Source of the DNA: Candidatus Caldarchaeum sp.
GTDB lineage: Archaea > Thermoproteota > Nitrososphaeria_A > Caldarchaeales > Caldarchaeaceae
DNA length: 64,000 nucleotides
Assembly: GCA_038740895.1 (NCBI GenBank)
Contig: JAVYLK010000003.1
Span: 19,820 to 83,819 of the forward strand
Direction of reading: 5' to 3'
Positions 18,962 to 26,829 of the stretch are shown here, piece after piece; within the stretch, counting starts at the first letter, position 1; every line of letters begins with the position of its first letter. The notes below the pieces were generated by a model that was not told the origin of the DNA, did not search any database, and saw nothing but the letters and a program-made list of their open reading frames with translations. Made by a program: the position numbers and the translations under genes.

Positions 18962-19065
18962 TGCGGCGGGCGGGATTTGAACCCGCGACTCGGGCCCGCG
19001 GCAAGCCAGCGCGCGGAACTCCCAGCGTGGCAGGCTGGTGTCCTACCAGGCTAGACGACCGCCGC
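18962..19065 (-). tRNA. tRNA-Gly (anticodon GCC, forward coordinates 19029-19031) with a GC-rich 30 nt non-canonical intron in the variable region (about 18992-19021)
   Basis: Reverse complement folds: acceptor GCGGCGG/CCGCCGC, D-arm GTCT..GGAC, anticodon stem CCAGC/GCTGG with loop CTGCCAC, a 35 nt segment where 5 nt are expected, T-arm GCGGG-TTCAAAT-CCCGC, discriminator A. TATA tttaaata about 25 nt upstream on the minus strand (about 19088). Confidence 0.7.
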
Positions 19066-19334
19066 ACGCAACGAACTTGGTCGCAGAATTATTTAAACGA
19101 TTTCCTTCCAAGGCCCGGAAGAGCTTGTCGAGCCACCACCCATGTCCTAATCTTGCTGAACCCTTTGGTCTTTACGGCGGAAGCGGTTGTGGTATGCGTG
19201 CGAGTTGTGGGCTAGGATGACGCCGGCGACGGAGCTGACTGGAGGCTGGCGAACAACATCCAAGCCAGCAGATACCGTACTCTTCAATAGGCCTGTCGCC
19301 GAAAAGAAAAAAGAAACTCAAACCTAATTCGCGT

Positions 19335-20588
19335 TCAAATCTTAAAGGTCTGGCCTTTTTCGGGTGATGCCGCCTCTGCTCCCAGCTCTGAAGAGGACCA
19401 GCTTGCTAGTAAGCTGCACTGCTGCGGCTCGCCGTGTACTGTGAAGACTTTGGTGCTGGACTCTATCTTCTTGAGGTAGTCGTGGAGCTGGCTTCTCCCC
19501 GCATGTCCAGAGAAACGGAACTGCTTGACCTTGCAGTTGGCCGGCTTCTCAACGCCGTCCGCCACGAGAACCCCTCTGTTGAGCAGTATCTCTCCCGGGG
19601 TTCCTGGTATCTGGAAGCTGGCGAGGAAGATGGCCGACTTCTCGTCCTCAACGACTCTCGGCGCGTAGAACATAGCAGGCCCTCCCTTCAGCATGCCGGC
19701 AGGCGACACTATCACGCCTGGCTCGGACAGGGCGTTCTGCCTCCCACGTCTTCCATGCACTATTCTAGTCTTCCGGCTCGCCTTCTCGAGAACTTCGACC
19801 CCGTCAACGAACTTCTTATCGCTTAGGTAGAACTCCATAGCTTTCTTCGCCATTCCGTCAAGCCAGACGGGGTGCTTGAAGTTGTGTGCGGTCAGTATGC
19901 ATATTATCTCCTGAGCTCTGCCGACCGAGAAGGCGGGGACGAGGACAACCCCTCCGTCGTCGACGACCTCTTTACAGGATTTCACAAACTCTTTCTCAAG
20001 CTCCTGACGCGGCATATGGTCTTCGTGAGCGTAGGTTGACTCTATCACCACGGCGTCGACGGTCCCCAGCGCGGTGTCGGCGCCGTCAAGAAGCCTAGTC
20101 CGAACCGTTGTGAAATCTCCCGTGTACACAAGAGTTTTGTCTCCGTTCACAATCACCTGAGCGCTCCCCGGGATGTGGCCTGCGTCGACGAGCTCTATCT
20201 CCAAGTCTCCCACTCTGAACGGCTCCCGGTAGAAAACGGTCTTGGTGTTCTGCAGCATCCTGTCCATCTCCCTCCTCTCGAAGAGAAGATGGTCTCCCGA
20301 TAGCTTTATGAAATCTTGAACGAGCAGGCTCGCTGTGTCCCTCGTCATCGACGTGCAGTAGAGCTTTTGTGCGTGGCTTATGTACAGCATGGGCAAGGCG
20401 CCGGAATGGTCTAGATGGGCGTGAGTGAGAATCGCTGCGTTGAGTTTACGCGTCTCGACCGGTAGCGGGAACTCGGGATGGTCGTTCAGCATCACGCCAT
20501 AGTCCAGAAGAACCCGGGTGTTCTTGTACGAGACCTCGACCGCTGACCTTCCAACCTCAAGGGTTCCGCCTAGAAACCTAACCTCCAT
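19335..20588 (-). CDS. metallo-beta-lactamase fold beta-CASP ribonuclease (aCPSF2/RNase J-like)
   Basis: HxHxDH motif in THAHLDHSGALP; 417 aa fits archaeal beta-CASP RNases that lack KH domains. Confidence 0.7.
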   Translation of the reverse strand: MEVRFLGGTLEVGRSAVEVSYKNTRVLLDYGVMLNDHPEFPLPVETRKLNAAILTHAHLDHSGALPMLYISHAQKLYCTSMTRDTASLLVQDFIKLSGDHLLFERREMDRMLQNTKTVFYREPFRVGDLEIELVDAGHIPGSAQVIVNGDKTLVYTGDFTTVRTRLLDGADTALGTVDAVVIESTYAHEDHMPRQELEKEFVKSCKEVVDDGGVVLVPAFSVGRAQEIICILTAHNFKHPVWLDGMAKKAMEFYLSDKKFVDGVEVLEKASRKTRIVHGRRGRQNALSEPGVIVSPAGMLKGGPAMFYAPRVVEDEKSAIFLASFQIPGTPGEILLNRGVLVADGVEKPANCKVKQFRFSGHAGRSQLHDYLKKIESSTKVFTVHGEPQQCSLLASWSSSELGAEAASPEKGQTFKI

Positions 20589-20667
20589 TCTTTACTCCAC
20601 GACTCCTTAACTTTCATAAACGGCTTTCCGTTCTGGTTTTTCAGCATCAAGCTGCCTTTTATGTATA

Positions 20668-20916
20668 TTACGGGGCTGACCCCGTTAGAAACCCTCCCAA
20701 GATGCCGAGGAAATAGCCGGCGACCCCCATGCTTACCCCAAGGTCGAACGCTGCATCCCGCTTGAGGTAGGCTTTGAAGAAAGGCAGGGGGAACGGCGTC
20801 GCCGCCGACCCTCCCTCGTACTGCTGTGTTTTGTAGACATCCCAGCAGAGCCAGAAACCTCCAATAGTCAAGCCTGCTCCGACGGCCGAAACCAGTACCC
20901 CCAGAAGCTCAATCAC
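20668..20916 (-). CDS. small hypothetical membrane protein (2 TM)
   Basis: 82 aa with two hydrophobic helices. Confidence 0.35.
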   Translation of the reverse strand: MIELLGVLVSAVGAGLTIGGFWLCWDVYKTQQYEGGSAATPFPLPFFKAYLKRDAAFDLGVSMGVAGYFLGILGGFLTGSAP

Positions 20917-20954
20917 TTCCCCAACACCTCACCAAGCATGGCCGCCGAGCATGG

Positions 20955-20964
20955 TTTATAATAG
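20955..20964 (+). promoter_or_regulatory. TATA box (tttataatag) for deoxyhypusine synthase
   Basis: About 25 bp upstream of the ATG at 20986. Confidence 0.35.
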
Positions 20965-20985
20965 GCTTATCGAGCATAACGGTTC

Positions 20986-21909
20986 ATGCTAGTCGAGGAC
21001 CTCCGGCTAGGTAAAGAAGTCTCAGCCGTCGGGCTGCTGAGGATGATGTCTAGGATGGGCGGGTTCATGGGCATGCATGTAGGCCATGCGTTCGAGGTTC
21101 TAAGCGAAATGGTGAGGGATGAATCATGCCTGAGGGGCTTGTCTTTCACGGGCAACTTGGTTGCCACGGGTCTTCGGGGAGTGTTGGTGGAGCTTCTGAG
21201 GAGAAGGCTTTTCGACCTCGTGGTGACGACTTGCGGCGCTTTAGACCATGACATCGCCCGCACGCGTTCCTTCTACAGGCAGGGAAGCTTCGACGCCGAC
21301 GACTGGCAGCTCGCCGAGAGGAACATCCACAGGCTTGGAAGCGTCTTCATAGACCAGGATAGCTACGGCGTCGTAGTTGAGAAGGAGGTCAAGAGCCTGC
21401 TGGACGAACTTGGTCTTGAGGGGGGTGTCGCTGGCCACAGGCTTTGCTGGATGCTGGGCGAGAGGCTTGGGTCGGAGAGCTCCATCCTCTACTGGTGCTG
21501 GAGGAATAAGATACCGGTTTTCGTTCCGGGAATAGTTGACGGCGCCGTCGGATACCAGCTCTGGCTCCAGGGAGGGAAGAGAGGTGTTTACGTAGACTTG
21601 GTCGCAGACATGAACCTTCTCGACGAGATGATGTGGAAAGCTGGCAGGAAGGGGGGGCTCTTGGTAGGCGGAGGCATATCCAAGCATCATCTCCTCTGGT
21701 GGTCTCAGTTCGGTGGTGAGGGTCTCGACTACGCTGTCTACATATCGGCGGCGGACGAGTATGACGGAAGCCTCAGCGGTGCAAGACCCCGTGAAGCAGT
21801 ATCATGGCACAAAGTCTCGCCCAAGTCTAGGCATGTGTTCGTGAAGGGGGACGCAACGGTCGTCCTTCCCCTGCTGGCTCTTGGGCTGGTGCAGTCTCTA
21901 GAAGGTTAA
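20986..21909 (+). CDS. dys: deoxyhypusine synthase
   Basis: 307 aa; DHS signature GGGISKHH with the catalytic Lys context, and a C-terminal region typical of DHS. Confidence 0.8.
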   Translation: MLVEDLRLGKEVSAVGLLRMMSRMGGFMGMHVGHAFEVLSEMVRDESCLRGLSFTGNLVATGLRGVLVELLRRRLFDLVVTTCGALDHDIARTRSFYRQGSFDADDWQLAERNIHRLGSVFIDQDSYGVVVEKEVKSLLDELGLEGGVAGHRLCWMLGERLGSESSILYWCWRNKIPVFVPGIVDGAVGYQLWLQGGKRGVYVDLVADMNLLDEMMWKAGRKGGLLVGGGISKHHLLWWSQFGGEGLDYAVYISAADEYDGSLSGARPREAVSWHKVSPKSRHVFVKGDATVVLPLLALGLVQSLEG

Positions 21910-23120
21910 ACTCTCAACTCTTCGACGCTCTGTTTAACGAGCCTAACAGCCTTGTCCACGTCCCTCGTAGAGACGAAGATCCTTATGGACGAGCTTATGG
22001 TGAGGATTCCGTAGACGTTGATGGCGTTGGAGGCCAGCGGCTGGACAACCCGGTGAACGATTCCAGGCACGGTCTCGAGCATGGGGCCGTAGACTCTGAT
22101 GAGGCTGAGGTGAGGAAAGTGGCTCACAGCCTTCCCCAAGCCATGGCCGACGAAGTAGTCGTGAAGCTTCTCGACAACTTCCCCGTCCCCGTCCAAGTAA
22201 AGTATCATCGACTCCTCCTCGACGGAGACCGCGAGCACCCTAGCTCCGGACATTCTCAAAGCCGAAACGGCTGCGGATATCTTCTCAGGGTCCCTCATGG
22301 ACCTGCCTAGAATAGTCACCATAGTGGCGTTTGTGTTGTCTAGGCTTACGTCCAGCCTCGGCCTGTCCTCGCCAATTATGACTGTCCCGGTTGTTTCTAG
22401 GCTGTCTAGGGAGCCTATCCTGACCTTACCTCTTGGATGAAGGAAAGACAATGCTTTGGAGTGGATTATCTTGGCTCCTCCCTTGCTAAGCTTTAGAACC
22501 TCGTCGACAGTCAGAACCTCGAGAACGTTCGTGTTCGAGACGTTCTTCGGGTCTGACGAATACACCCCAGCCACATCCTTTACGAGAATCACTTCGTCGG
22601 CGTCGAGGCAGTTGGCGAGAACCAAAGCCGTAGTGTCGCTTCCTCCCCGGCCCATAGTAGTTATCCTGCCTGTCTTTGAAACTGCGACGAACCCGCAGAC
22701 AACAGGCACTACGCCGGCCCTTAGCATGTTCTCTAAGCCGTTCCTAACCCTCTTTCTGCACTCTTCGAGAATGGGGGTTGAGTCGAGGTGCTTGCCGTCG
22801 CTCACTATAGGCCACTCAGCCATGCTCGGGTCGATGAAGACAGCGTCCAGCCCGTGCTTCTGAAGAGCTACTGCGAACAGCCTCGCGCTAGTCCTCTCCC
22901 CCATGGCTAGAACTTCGTCGACCATGGCTGGCGATGCTTCGTGGTTTATCCGCTGAACTGTCTTGAGAAGCTCGTCTGTCACGCCTTTCAGGGCTGAAAC
23001 AACGACTAACACCTCCCCCCTCTGACGCAGCCTCCCAACATATTCTGCTGCTTTCCTGAGGTTTTCGTCGTCGGACAGCACAGACCCGCCGAACTTGACG
23101 ACAACCCTAGCCACCTGCAT
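21906..23120 (-). CDS. aspartate kinase
   Basis: N-terminal amino-acid-kinase fold with KFGGSVL; C-terminal regulatory ACT-like region; 404 aa. Confidence 0.7.
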   Translation of the reverse strand: MQVARVVVKFGGSVLSDDENLRKAAEYVGRLRQRGEVLVVVSALKGVTDELLKTVQRINHEASPAMVDEVLAMGERTSARLFAVALQKHGLDAVFIDPSMAEWPIVSDGKHLDSTPILEECRKRVRNGLENMLRAGVVPVVCGFVAVSKTGRITTMGRGGSDTTALVLANCLDADEVILVKDVAGVYSSDPKNVSNTNVLEVLTVDEVLKLSKGGAKIIHSKALSFLHPRGKVRIGSLDSLETTGTVIIGEDRPRLDVSLDNTNATMVTILGRSMRDPEKISAAVSALRMSGARVLAVSVEEESMILYLDGDGEVVEKLHDYFVGHGLGKAVSHFPHLSLIRVYGPMLETVPGIVHRVVQPLASNAINVYGILTISSSIRIFVSTRDVDKAVRLVKQSVEELRV

Positions 23121-23194
23121 TCACCCGTAGAAAGCCATGGCGGAGCGTCAACTCGGTGAACCCGGCGGCTCAGCGGGAGGACGTTATTTAAACG

Positions 23195-25453
23195 TTATCT
23201 ACGTTGTTTGACGAGCCAGTAAACCCTTTCAGGCGTCATCGGGGCTTCTAGAGGCCTCACTCCGGCGGCGTCGTGGATTGCGTTGGCTATGGCTGGGGCG
23301 ACCGATATTATGCCGATCTCCCCGATGCCCTTGGCTCCGAAGGGCCCCGAGTCTTCGTGGTCCTCCACGGGAACCGCCTCTATGTCTGGGACGTCCTTAA
23401 TCGAGGGTATGAGGTAGGTTGAGAAGTTGGTTGTTAGCAGCCGGCCTTCTCGAATTTTCACGTCTTCGAGGAGTGCGAAGCCAACACCCTGGGCTGCTGC
23501 TCCCTCCATCTGGCCTGTTAAGGTTTGAGGGTTGACCACTCGCCCTACGTCGGCTGCTGTCACTAATTTTTTCACAGACACAGCTCCGGTCAAAGTGTTG
23601 AGCTCGACAAGCACGAGGGTTGCCCCGAACATGTAGAAGAGATGCGGGATCTCGAGAGACCCGGGAATAGGCTCTACTCGAGGAACTTCGTAGACCCCGA
23701 TGACGCTCCTGCCGACCCCCGTTTTTTCAAGGACCTCAGCCACCCTGCTGAGAGGAATTTCCTGGCCTGTTGAAGTTCTCACGGCTCCGTTGCGAAGGGA
23801 GATTTCGAAAGGCCTTCCGTAGTAGAGCTCCAGCCCCTTCTTCATGGCCTCAACCATAAGAGATGCAGCCTCTCTTAACGCGTTTCCGGCGAGAAACAGC
23901 TGGCGTGATGCTGAGGTCACGCTTGTGTCAGGGGTCTCGGCGGTGTCTGCGAACACGACCTCGATTTTGTCGATGCTTGTGTTCAGAGCCTCGGCGGCCA
24001 GCTGGGCTATTGCTTGGACAACTCCCTGACCTATTTCCGTGAAGCTGCCCTTGACGTTGAACCCTCCGTCCAGCCTAAGCTCAAGCCCTATGCTGCCCTT
24101 GTCTGGAAGAGCCCCGAGCGTGTAGCCCTTCATGGCCGCTGCAACGCCAACTCCACGCCTTATCCACGGAGCACTGGGTTCTTTCTTCAGCCTCTCCCTC
24201 TCCCTCCAGACTGGATGGTTCCTCAGGGCCTCGAGGCATTTTTTGACGCCGACGCTTCCAACCAGCTTGTTCCTGAAAACTCCGTAATCTCCTTTCTGGA
24301 CGACGTTCAACAGCCTGAACTCCACAGGGTCGTACCCCAGCTCTTCCGCAAGCTGGTCAACCTGCTGCTCCATGGCGAAGTGGACTTGAGGAGCCCCGAA
24401 GCCTCTGAAAGCTGATGCGACCATGTTGTTTGTGTATACAAGCCAAGCCTTGATGTCTATGTTGGGTATTCTGTAAGGGCCGTTGCAGGTCTCCATGGCC
24501 ACGTCAAGAACAGCAGGGCCTAGGGCTGCGTAAGCACCGGTGTCGTAAACTATCTCGACGCTGTTGGCTGTTAGCCTTCCGTCCGCCGACGCCCCCGTCT
24601 TCATCCTCACGACAGAAGAATGTCTCTTCGTGCCCGCCAAGGTCGACTCCTCCCTGCTCCACACAAGCCTAGCAGCCCTCCCTGTCTTCAGAGTGACGAG
24701 TGCAAGATGAATCTGCACAGATATGTCGTCTTTCCCGCCGAAAGCTCCGCCGACGTGAGGTATCACCACCCTCACCTTCTCGGGAGGCAGGTTTAGCGTG
24801 GAAACTATTTCGTGATGGTCTCTGTAGGGGGACTGGCCGCCGGCTACGACAGTTATCCTGCCCAGCTCATCTATGTAGGAGACCCCGGCCTCGGTCTCGA
24901 GATATGCATGGCTCTGCGGATATGTTCTGTAAGTGTTCTCTACGACAACTTTTGACTGTCTAAAGCCTTTGTCTACATCGCCGAAAGCTATGCTTGTGCT
25001 TCTGCAGACGTTGCCGTTTTCATGTATCTTATAGCTTGAAGGCTTCATGGCCTCAGAAGGTTCTGAAACAACCGGTAAGGGCTCGTACTCCACCCTGATT
25101 TCCTCGAGGGCTTCCTCAGCCTCCTCCCTCGACTCCGCAGCGACAAGCGCCACCGGGTCTCCTATGTACCTTACCCGGTCGTCGCACAAGACCGGCCTGT
25201 CCTTGACGAACAATCCGTAGCGGTTGTTCGGAACGTCTCGGTGGGTAAACACTCCCACGACGCCGGGCATTCGAGCGGCCTTTGACACGTCTATCATGAG
25301 AATTCTTGCGTGTGGATACTTGCTTCGAAGAGTCGCGACCCAGAGACAATCAACGGGAAGCATGTCTGAGGCGAACTTGGTCTTCCCCGAGGCTTTTTCG
25401 TACGCGTCCCTTCTGGCTATTTGGCGACCGACCCACTTAGCTTCAACAGTCAT
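23195..25453 (-). CDS. molybdopterin-dependent hydroxylase large subunit, xanthine-dehydrogenase-like, paralog 2
   Basis: 752 aa; active-site loop AFRGFGAPQ of the XDH/aldehyde oxidoreductase type; overlaps the FAD-subunit stop by 4 nt. Confidence 0.8.
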   Translation of the reverse strand: MTVEAKWVGRQIARRDAYEKASGKTKFASDMLPVDCLWVATLRSKYPHARILMIDVSKAARMPGVVGVFTHRDVPNNRYGLFVKDRPVLCDDRVRYIGDPVALVAAESREEAEEALEEIRVEYEPLPVVSEPSEAMKPSSYKIHENGNVCRSTSIAFGDVDKGFRQSKVVVENTYRTYPQSHAYLETEAGVSYIDELGRITVVAGGQSPYRDHHEIVSTLNLPPEKVRVVIPHVGGAFGGKDDISVQIHLALVTLKTGRAARLVWSREESTLAGTKRHSSVVRMKTGASADGRLTANSVEIVYDTGAYAALGPAVLDVAMETCNGPYRIPNIDIKAWLVYTNNMVASAFRGFGAPQVHFAMEQQVDQLAEELGYDPVEFRLLNVVQKGDYGVFRNKLVGSVGVKKCLEALRNHPVWRERERLKKEPSAPWIRRGVGVAAAMKGYTLGALPDKGSIGLELRLDGGFNVKGSFTEIGQGVVQAIAQLAAEALNTSIDKIEVVFADTAETPDTSVTSASRQLFLAGNALREAASLMVEAMKKGLELYYGRPFEISLRNGAVRTSTGQEIPLSRVAEVLEKTGVGRSVIGVYEVPRVEPIPGSLEIPHLFYMFGATLVLVELNTLTGAVSVKKLVTAADVGRVVNPQTLTGQMEGAAAQGVGFALLEDVKIREGRLLTTNFSTYLIPSIKDVPDIEAVPVEDHEDSGPFGAKGIGEIGIISVAPAIANAIHDAAGVRPLEAPMTPERVYWLVKQRR

Positions 25454-26328
25454 CGTCCAACCAGCTCCGCGAGAGACCTCAGGGTCATGTAGACATAGTT
25501 CGTGGCGAGCTCACGCCTGTAAGCAGCCGAGCCCCTAACGTCGTCGATGGGTTTTATAGACTGCTGGACGGCCTCAGCCGCCCTGATAACGGTCTCCTTG
25601 TCGAGCCTTCCTCCTTTCAGAATCTCCTCCGTTTTCTCAGCCCTTACAACCGTCGGCGCCACAGCGCCCAGAGCAACTCTCGCATCAGAGACAGTACCCG
25701 ATGTTTCATCCCACTCGATTAGGACAGCTCCGTTGACCACAGCTATGGCGTCTCCCTGCCTGAGCCCGTGCTTGAAGAACTTCCCGTAGTGAGAGTTTGT
25801 GAGCTGGTCGAAAAAAACCTCGACAAGCAGCTCGTCAGGCCTGAGGTCAAGCTTCTTGTAGCCCTTGTAAAACTCTCTTACGGCAACCGTTCTAGAGGAG
25901 CTTCTGCTTCTCAGACGGAGATTCGCCTCTAGAACGTACAGGGCTGGAAGCGAGTCGGCTGCGGGCGATGCGTTGATTATGTTGCCTGCTATGGTTGCCT
26001 TGTTGAGGATCTGTGTTGAGCCTATAGTCGAGCATGCTTCGGCGAGGACGGGGGCGGCTCTCTGTATTATTGGGGATTTGACTATTGACGAGAAATCAGT
26101 CAGAGCTCCAATCTTGACGACCGCGTTGTCGAGCCTTATGTACCGGAGCTCGTCCAGCCCGTAGATGTTAAGAAGGTCTGTCTTTTCCACCACGCCGTGC
26201 TTCATCTGGACGACGAGGTCCGTTCCTCCAGCCAGGACCCTTACACTACCGGCTCTCTCGCCCAGAAGATGCAGAGCTTCTTCGACGGTCTCGGCCGTCA
26301 GAACTTCAACGTCTGCGAGTGAACGCAT
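25450..26328 (-). CDS. Mo-hydroxylase FAD-binding medium subunit (CoxM/XdhB-like)
   Basis: 292 aa; FAD-binding-5 domain with LAGGTDL motif and C-terminal CO-dehydrogenase flavoprotein domain. Confidence 0.75.
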   Translation of the reverse strand: MRSLADVEVLTAETVEEALHLLGERAGSVRVLAGGTDLVVQMKHGVVEKTDLLNIYGLDELRYIRLDNAVVKIGALTDFSSIVKSPIIQRAAPVLAEACSTIGSTQILNKATIAGNIINASPAADSLPALYVLEANLRLRSRSSSRTVAVREFYKGYKKLDLRPDELLVEVFFDQLTNSHYGKFFKHGLRQGDAIAVVNGAVLIEWDETSGTVSDARVALGAVAPTVVRAEKTEEILKGGRLDKETVIRAAEAVQQSIKPIDDVRGSAAYRRELATNYVYMTLRSLAELVGR

Positions 26329-26331
26329 AGG

Positions 26332-26799
26332 CTAAACACCAGCCGCAGCCTTCACCGCCTTGACTATCTTGACGTAGCCCGTGCATCGGCAGAGGTTCCC
26401 CCTTAAACTCTCCCTAATTTCATCCGTCGAGGGCTTAGGGTTCTTCCTCAGAAGGTCTTCCGTAGCCATCACCAGGCCCGGCGTGCAGTAGCCGCACTGG
26501 ACCGCTCCCTCGGACGCGAACGCGTTGATGACCCTTGAGTCCGCTCCCTCAACCGTGAAAACCTCCCTCCCCTGAACCTGAGCCGTTAGCGTAAGGCATG
26601 AATGCACGGCTCTCCCGTCCAGCAGAACGGTGCAGGCTCCGCAGTCCCCGCTGCTGCATCCATCCTTAGTTCCAGTAAGCCTGAGAACGTACCTAAGAGT
26701 CTCAAGCAGGGTGTATGCGGGCGGGGCTTTTACGGTGACGGGTTGGCCGTTGAGCTTGAATGAGAACTCACGGACAACACGGCTGCCTGTCATCGTCAT
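26332..26799 (-). CDS. Mo-hydroxylase [2Fe-2S] small subunit (CoxS/XdhC-like)
   Basis: 155 aa; plant-ferredoxin-type CSSGDCGACTV and second cluster motif CGYCTPG. Confidence 0.8.
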   Translation of the reverse strand: MTMTGSRVVREFSFKLNGQPVTVKAPPAYTLLETLRYVLRLTGTKDGCSSGDCGACTVLLDGRAVHSCLTLTAQVQGREVFTVEGADSRVINAFASEGAVQCGYCTPGLVMATEDLLRKNPKPSTDEIRESLRGNLCRCTGYVKIVKAVKAAAGV

Positions 26800-26829
26800 A
26801 GTTGCTTCTGTGTTGCTTATAGCTGTATT

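Noticed and set aside
18533-19215. ORFs 18533-19054 (173 aa) and 18949-19215 (88 aa) on the plus strand
   Set aside because: Arg/Pro-rich low-complexity translations of GC-rich DNA. They overlap the well-supported minus-strand tRNA-Gly gene and the end of the surface-protein gene, so they are spurious.
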